Assembly (NCBI GenBank): GCA_963775425.1
Contig: CAVZJB010000009.1
Location: forward strand, 128,001-192,000
Direction of reading: 5' to 3'
DNA length: 64,000 nt
Source: an uncultured delta proteobacterium
GTDB taxonomy: Bacteria > Myxococcota > UBA727 > VGSZ01
The notes under the pieces were generated by a model. It saw only the letters and a program-made list of their open reading frames with translations. It did no database searches and was not told the DNA's origin. Both the position numbers and the translations under genes were made by a program. Below, in pieces: positions 60,585 to 64,000 of the stretch. Positions within the stretch are counted from its first letter, which is position 1. Every line of letters begins with the position of its first letter.

Positions 60585-61628
60585 TCAGTTCGCGGCGCCG
60601 GGCGTCGGCGGATCGCGCGGACCCGCGGTGCCGGCGGCGCCGTCGGGGGAGAGGCCGGCGGACACGTCGGCGCCGGCGCCGTCGAGCGGCAGGTCGTCGG
60701 TGACGCTGCCGCAGTCGTCGACGAGGACGACGTCGTCGTCGGCGGCGCTCAGGAGGAAGCTCGCGTGCAGCGCTCCCTCGCCGGGCTCCTCGTCGGCGAA
60801 GATGACCAGGAAGCCGCCGGGGTCGAGCGCCTGCGCGGGGAGCGGCCACGCGCCGAGGCCGGCGGCGTTGTCCGCGAGGCGCATCCCGCCGAGCGAGACC
60901 GCGGCGGCGCCCGCGTTGAACAGCTCGATCCAGGGCGCGTGCTCGCCGCCCTCGTCGGTGATGCCGGCGACGTTGTCGACGAGGGCCTCGTTGACGACCA
61001 CGCCGTCGGGCGTCGTCGGCACGCAGTCGCCCTCGCCTTCTCCCTCGCCTTCGCCTTCTCCTTCGCCTTCGCCCGCGCCGTCGTTGGGCGCGCCGGGCGT
61101 GGGATGTGCGAGCACGGCGAAGGCTCCGTCGACGTCGGGGATGCGCCCGAAGCTCACGTCCGCGCCGAGCGCCGGCAGCGCGACGTCGTCGACGATCTCG
61201 CCGGCGCTCCTCAACGTGACGTGATCGCCCGAGGCCGACAGCTTGAACGCGAAGTGCGGCTCGGCGGCGCTGCCCTGGCCGGGCTCGTCGTCGCAGAACA
61301 CCACGAGGAAGCCGTGGGCCGGCACCACCGCGCCGAGGCTGAAGGGCTGCGGCCCGGAGCCGCTGTCCTCGAGGCTGAACGTCCCGAGCGCGATGTCCGC
61401 GTCGGTGCCGTTGGCGAGCTCGAGCCAATCGTCGAAGTCACCCGCGGCGTCGGCGACGGTCACATCGTTCTTGGACATCAGCTCATTGACGGAGAGCGTC
61501 GCCGCCGTTCCCCCGTCGACGGGGCCGGGTCCGCCGTCCCCGACCGCGCCCGCGTCGGGACCCGTCGACGTTCTACCGACACAACTGACGGCAAGCGCCA
61601 GCACCGAAAATGTGATGACGGAGCGCAC
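60585..61628 (-). CDS. Lipoprotein with two lamin-tail domains
   Basis: AVS-C lipobox; two domains with VNE..N, DW/PW[LI]EL.N, GFLV[VI]F.D, [AS]F.LS, PTPGA.N; joined by (GE)n linker. Confidence 0.85.
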   Translation of the reverse strand: MRSVITFSVLALAVSCVGRTSTGPDAGAVGDGGPGPVDGGTAATLSVNELMSKNDVTVADAAGDFDDWLELANGTDADIALGTFSLEDSGSGPQPFSLGAVVPAHGFLVVFCDDEPGQGSAAEPHFAFKLSASGDHVTLRSAGEIVDDVALPALGADVSFGRIPDVDGAFAVLAHPTPGAPNDGAGEGEGEGEGEGEGEGDCVPTTPDGVVVNEALVDNVAGITDEGGEHAPWIELFNAGAAAVSLGGMRLADNAAGLGAWPLPAQALDPGGFLVIFADEEPGEGALHASFLLSAADDDVVLVDDCGSVTDDLPLDGAGADVSAGLSPDGAAGTAGPRDPPTPGAAN

Positions 61629-61712
61629 ACCGAAGATTAGCCCGCCGAGGAGGATCCCGCTCGTCGGTTGAAATTCGGCGGGATACAAGCGCGCGTCCCC
61701 TCGAGGTGTTTC

Positions 61713-62528
61713 ATGGGTTGGGCCGAATCCACGCTGTTCGAAGAGCGGTTGCCGGATCGGTTCCCCAAGCTCGTGAACCTCTACGAGAAGGCCAAGCGGG
61801 ACTTCTGGAACGAGTCCACGGCCATCGACTGGGACCAGCCCCTCACGCTGTCCACCGACGAGCGGCGCGCGCTCGCGCGCATCCTGAGCATCACCTACTA
61901 CGGGGAGCGCGCGGCCATGACCATCGCCGGGCAGCTCGTCGCCAGCGTGCCCGACGAGGAGGCCCGGCAGGTGCTCGCCTGCCAGGTGATCGAGGAGGCC
62001 AAGCACGTCGGGGCGTTCCAGAAGCTGCTCAAGCGCCTCGACAAGATCTCGCCGCCCTCGTTCTTTGCCAAGAAGCTGCTCGTCGACCTCATCGAGACCG
62101 ACGAGCCCGCGGCCAAGATGGTCGGCATGCACATGTTCGTCGAGAACATCGCCAACCACAGCTTCCATGCGCTCCACGACGCCATCGAGGACCCCCTCGT
62201 GCGGCAGGTGCTCGACTACGTGGCCCGCGACGAGAAGAAGCACACCGCCATCGGCGTCCTCTATCTCCCCGCGCTCCTCAAGGCGCTGCCACGCCACAAG
62301 CTCGTGTGGCTGGAGATGAAGCAGGTGAAGTGGCTCGGCCTCGGCCTCGGCATGGTGAAGGACGGCTACGAGGACGCCCGCGTCCTCCAGATCGACCTCG
62401 CCTCCGCCGGCCAACGGGCGCTGCGCCAGCACTACCGGCTGCGGGAGCAGCTCGCGACCACCCGGGGCCTCATCGACGTCCCCGGCTTCGATCGCGTGAT
62501 CGACCTGATCGGGCGTTGGGCCTCATAG
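61713..62528 (+). CDS. Ferritin-like diiron protein (R2/AurF-like)
   Basis: LYEKAK..W, GERAA, EEAKH, VENIA, RDEKKH: two E..ExxH sets. Confidence 0.82.
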   Translation: MGWAESTLFEERLPDRFPKLVNLYEKAKRDFWNESTAIDWDQPLTLSTDERRALARILSITYYGERAAMTIAGQLVASVPDEEARQVLACQVIEEAKHVGAFQKLLKRLDKISPPSFFAKKLLVDLIETDEPAAKMVGMHMFVENIANHSFHALHDAIEDPLVRQVLDYVARDEKKHTAIGVLYLPALLKALPRHKLVWLEMKQVKWLGLGLGMVKDGYEDARVLQIDLASAGQRALRQHYRLREQLATTRGLIDVPGFDRVIDLIGRWAS

Positions 62529-62689
62529 CCGCGTGGCTGGAGCCCTCGGATCTGTGGTGAACATGCCGCAACCGTGGCGTTCTTACCGCGGACCGAATTG
62601 TCCCGAATCTGGCGCGTTCGGCGCAAACCGTCGGGGTAAATTGACCGCACCCCCGCCTCCGCGATCGCGTCAACATGCAGTCTCGGGGT

Positions 62690-62705
62690 TGGCATGGAGG
62701 ATGCT
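62690..62705 (+). promoter_or_regulatory. Sigma54 (-24/-12) promoter
   Basis: TGGCATGGAGGATGCT: GG at 62691-62692, GC at 62703-62704 (GG-N10-GC); predicted +1 about 62716. Confidence 0.7.
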
Positions 62706-62715
62706 GTTGGCTGGC

Positions 62716-62825
62716 TCCACAGACAGCCGGCTGCGTTGACTTCCCCCCAGGTCGATCGGTTGTCTGTGGAAGGCCATCTGAAGCGGCGTCCCCCCCGTGC
62801 CGCAAAGATGGCCTTCGTTTTTTTT
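62716..62825 (+). ncRNA. Candidate ~110-nt sRNA with two poly-C-loop hairpins (Pxr-like)
   Basis: Stem 62716-62729/62757-62770 with inner stem closing a C6 loop; stem 62769-62779/62806-62816 with inner stem closing a C7 loop; T8 at 62818-62825. Confidence 0.72.
62769..62825 (+). terminator. Intrinsic terminator (3' hairpin of the sRNA candidate)
   Basis: gaaggccatct/agatggccttc 11-bp stem followed by 8 T. Confidence 0.8.
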
Positions 62826-62869
62826 CCGCGCCGGCGGCGTCCTGCTGTATCCGCGCCCTCGAGGTGACC

Positions 62870-63613
62870 ATGGCTCGCAAGGACGGGCGCGCGGCGACGG
62901 AGCTGCGGCCGGTGAAATTCGACGTCGGGTTCGTGAAGCACCACGCAGGGAGCGTCCTGGTGAGCTTCGGGGACACGCGGGTGCTCTGCGTCGCCACCGC
63001 CGAGGATCGGGTGCCGCCCTTCCGCCTGGCCTCGGGCGGCGGCTGGGTCACGGCCGAGTACTCCATGCTCCCCGCCTCCACGCATGAGCGAAAGCATCGG
63101 GAGATCTCCCGCGGCAAGGCCGACGCCCGCTCCGTCGAGATCCAGCGGCTCGTGGCGCGCGCGCTCAGGAACATCGTCGACATCGACGCCATCGGGCAGC
63201 GCTCCATCACCGTCGACTGCGACGTCCTTCAGGCCGACGGCGGCACGCGCACCGCCTCCATCACCGGCGGCTTCGTCGCCCTCGCGCTGTGCTTGAACGA
63301 CCTGCAAAAGCGCGGCGTGTCCATGAAGGGCAAGAAGCTCAAGGACGTCCTGCGCGCGCAGGTGGCGGCGGTGTCGCTCGGCATCCTCGGCGACGAGATC
63401 TTCACGGACCTCAACTACGGCGAAGACTCCAAGGCGGAGACCGACCTCAACCTCGTCGCCCGCAACGACGGCACCATCGTCGAGATCCAGGGCACCGCCG
63501 AGGGCCACCCGATGAAGCGCGAGCAGCTCTTCGCCGTGGTCGACCAGGGCCTCGCCGCCGTGCGCGAGCTGTGCGCCAAGCAGAACGAGGCCCTCGGGGG
63601 GATCCTCGGGTGA
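62870..63613 (+). CDS. rph: Ribonuclease PH
   Basis: R.DGR...ELRPV, GWVTAEYSMLP.ST..R..RE, EIQRL, DCDVLQADGGTRTASITG, EIQGTAEG. Confidence 0.96.
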   Translation: MARKDGRAATELRPVKFDVGFVKHHAGSVLVSFGDTRVLCVATAEDRVPPFRLASGGGWVTAEYSMLPASTHERKHREISRGKADARSVEIQRLVARALRNIVDIDAIGQRSITVDCDVLQADGGTRTASITGGFVALALCLNDLQKRGVSMKGKKLKDVLRAQVAAVSLGILGDEIFTDLNYGEDSKAETDLNLVARNDGTIVEIQGTAEGHPMKREQLFAVVDQGLAAVRELCAKQNEALGGILG

Positions 63614-64000
63614 GCGCCGTCCTCGTCCTCGCCACGCAGAACGCGAAGAAGCGGCGCGAGCTCGAGGACCTCGTCGCGGGCGGGCCGTGGCTCGTGCGCA
63701 CGCTCGACGACGTCGGCCTCGGCGGCCTCGCGATCGAAGAGACCGGCGCCACCTTCGCCGAAAACGCCCGCATCAAGGCCGACGCCGTGCTCGCGGCGCT
63801 GCCCGAGGGCGAGCGCCGCGAGACCTTCGCCGTCGTCGCCGACGACTCGGGCATCATCGTCGACGCGCTGTCTCCCCCCGCGCGGCGCGACGCCCCCGAG
63901 CTCCCCGGCGCGCCCGCCGGCAGCCGCCACGACGGCCCGGACGCAAAGCCCGGCGTGCGCTCGGCCCGCTTCGCTGCCGACCACGGCGTCGAGATGCTCG
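63610..64000 (+). CDS. rdgB: Non-canonical purine NTP pyrophosphatase, 3'-truncated by window edge
   Basis: LVLATQNAKK..EL, EETGATFAENARIKA, ADDSG, PGVRSARFA; overlaps rph stop. Confidence 0.9.
   Translation, partial: MSAVLVLATQNAKKRRELEDLVAGGPWLVRTLDDVGLGGLAIEETGATFAENARIKADAVLAALPEGERRETFAVVADDSGIIVDALSPPARRDAPELPGAPAGSRHDGPDAKPGVRSARFAADHGVEML

Noticed and set aside
62716-62825. Riboswitch or attenuator controlling rph, or a tRNA
   Set aside because: No cloverleaf, known aptamer consensus or clear antiterminator seen; a stand-alone sRNA fits better, though read-through into rph is not excluded
62675-62869. 65-codon N-terminal extension of rph in the ORF track
   Set aside because: RNase PH homology starts at MARKDGR with a GAGGTG RBS; the extension overlaps the structured RNA and terminator

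Overview
High-GC chromosomal segment, very probably from a myxobacterium-like organism (Myxococcota/deltaproteobacterium), judged from a FrzS-like protein, a Ser/Thr kinase with PEGA domains, a DUF4388 protein and many Cys-rich lipoproteins. It has about 60 CDSs: a reductive pyrimidine catabolism set (hydA, NCS1 permease, preT, preA), housekeeping genes (fabH, stand-alone rpsN, class I fumarase, galU, pssA, uvrB, bcp, trxB, glmU, rph, partial rdgB) and many envelope or hypothetical proteins. I found no rRNA, tRNA, CRISPR array or intact transposase. The best new signal is at 62690-62825: a sigma54-type promoter whose predicted +1 falls on the first base of a ~110-nt RNA made of two long hairpins, each with a pure poly-C loop, ending in a U8 terminator (a Pxr-like sRNA candidate). 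Other signals: a lipoprotein-anchored dikinase with permuted domain order next to a lamin-tail lipoprotein, an operon with three paralogous Cys-patterned lipoproteins, several dispersed repeat families (MITE-like, GTAG-REP, long hairpins), and heavily deleted remnants of IS1182-like transposases and of a Ser/Thr kinase. All product calls come from motif recognition by eye, not from database searches.
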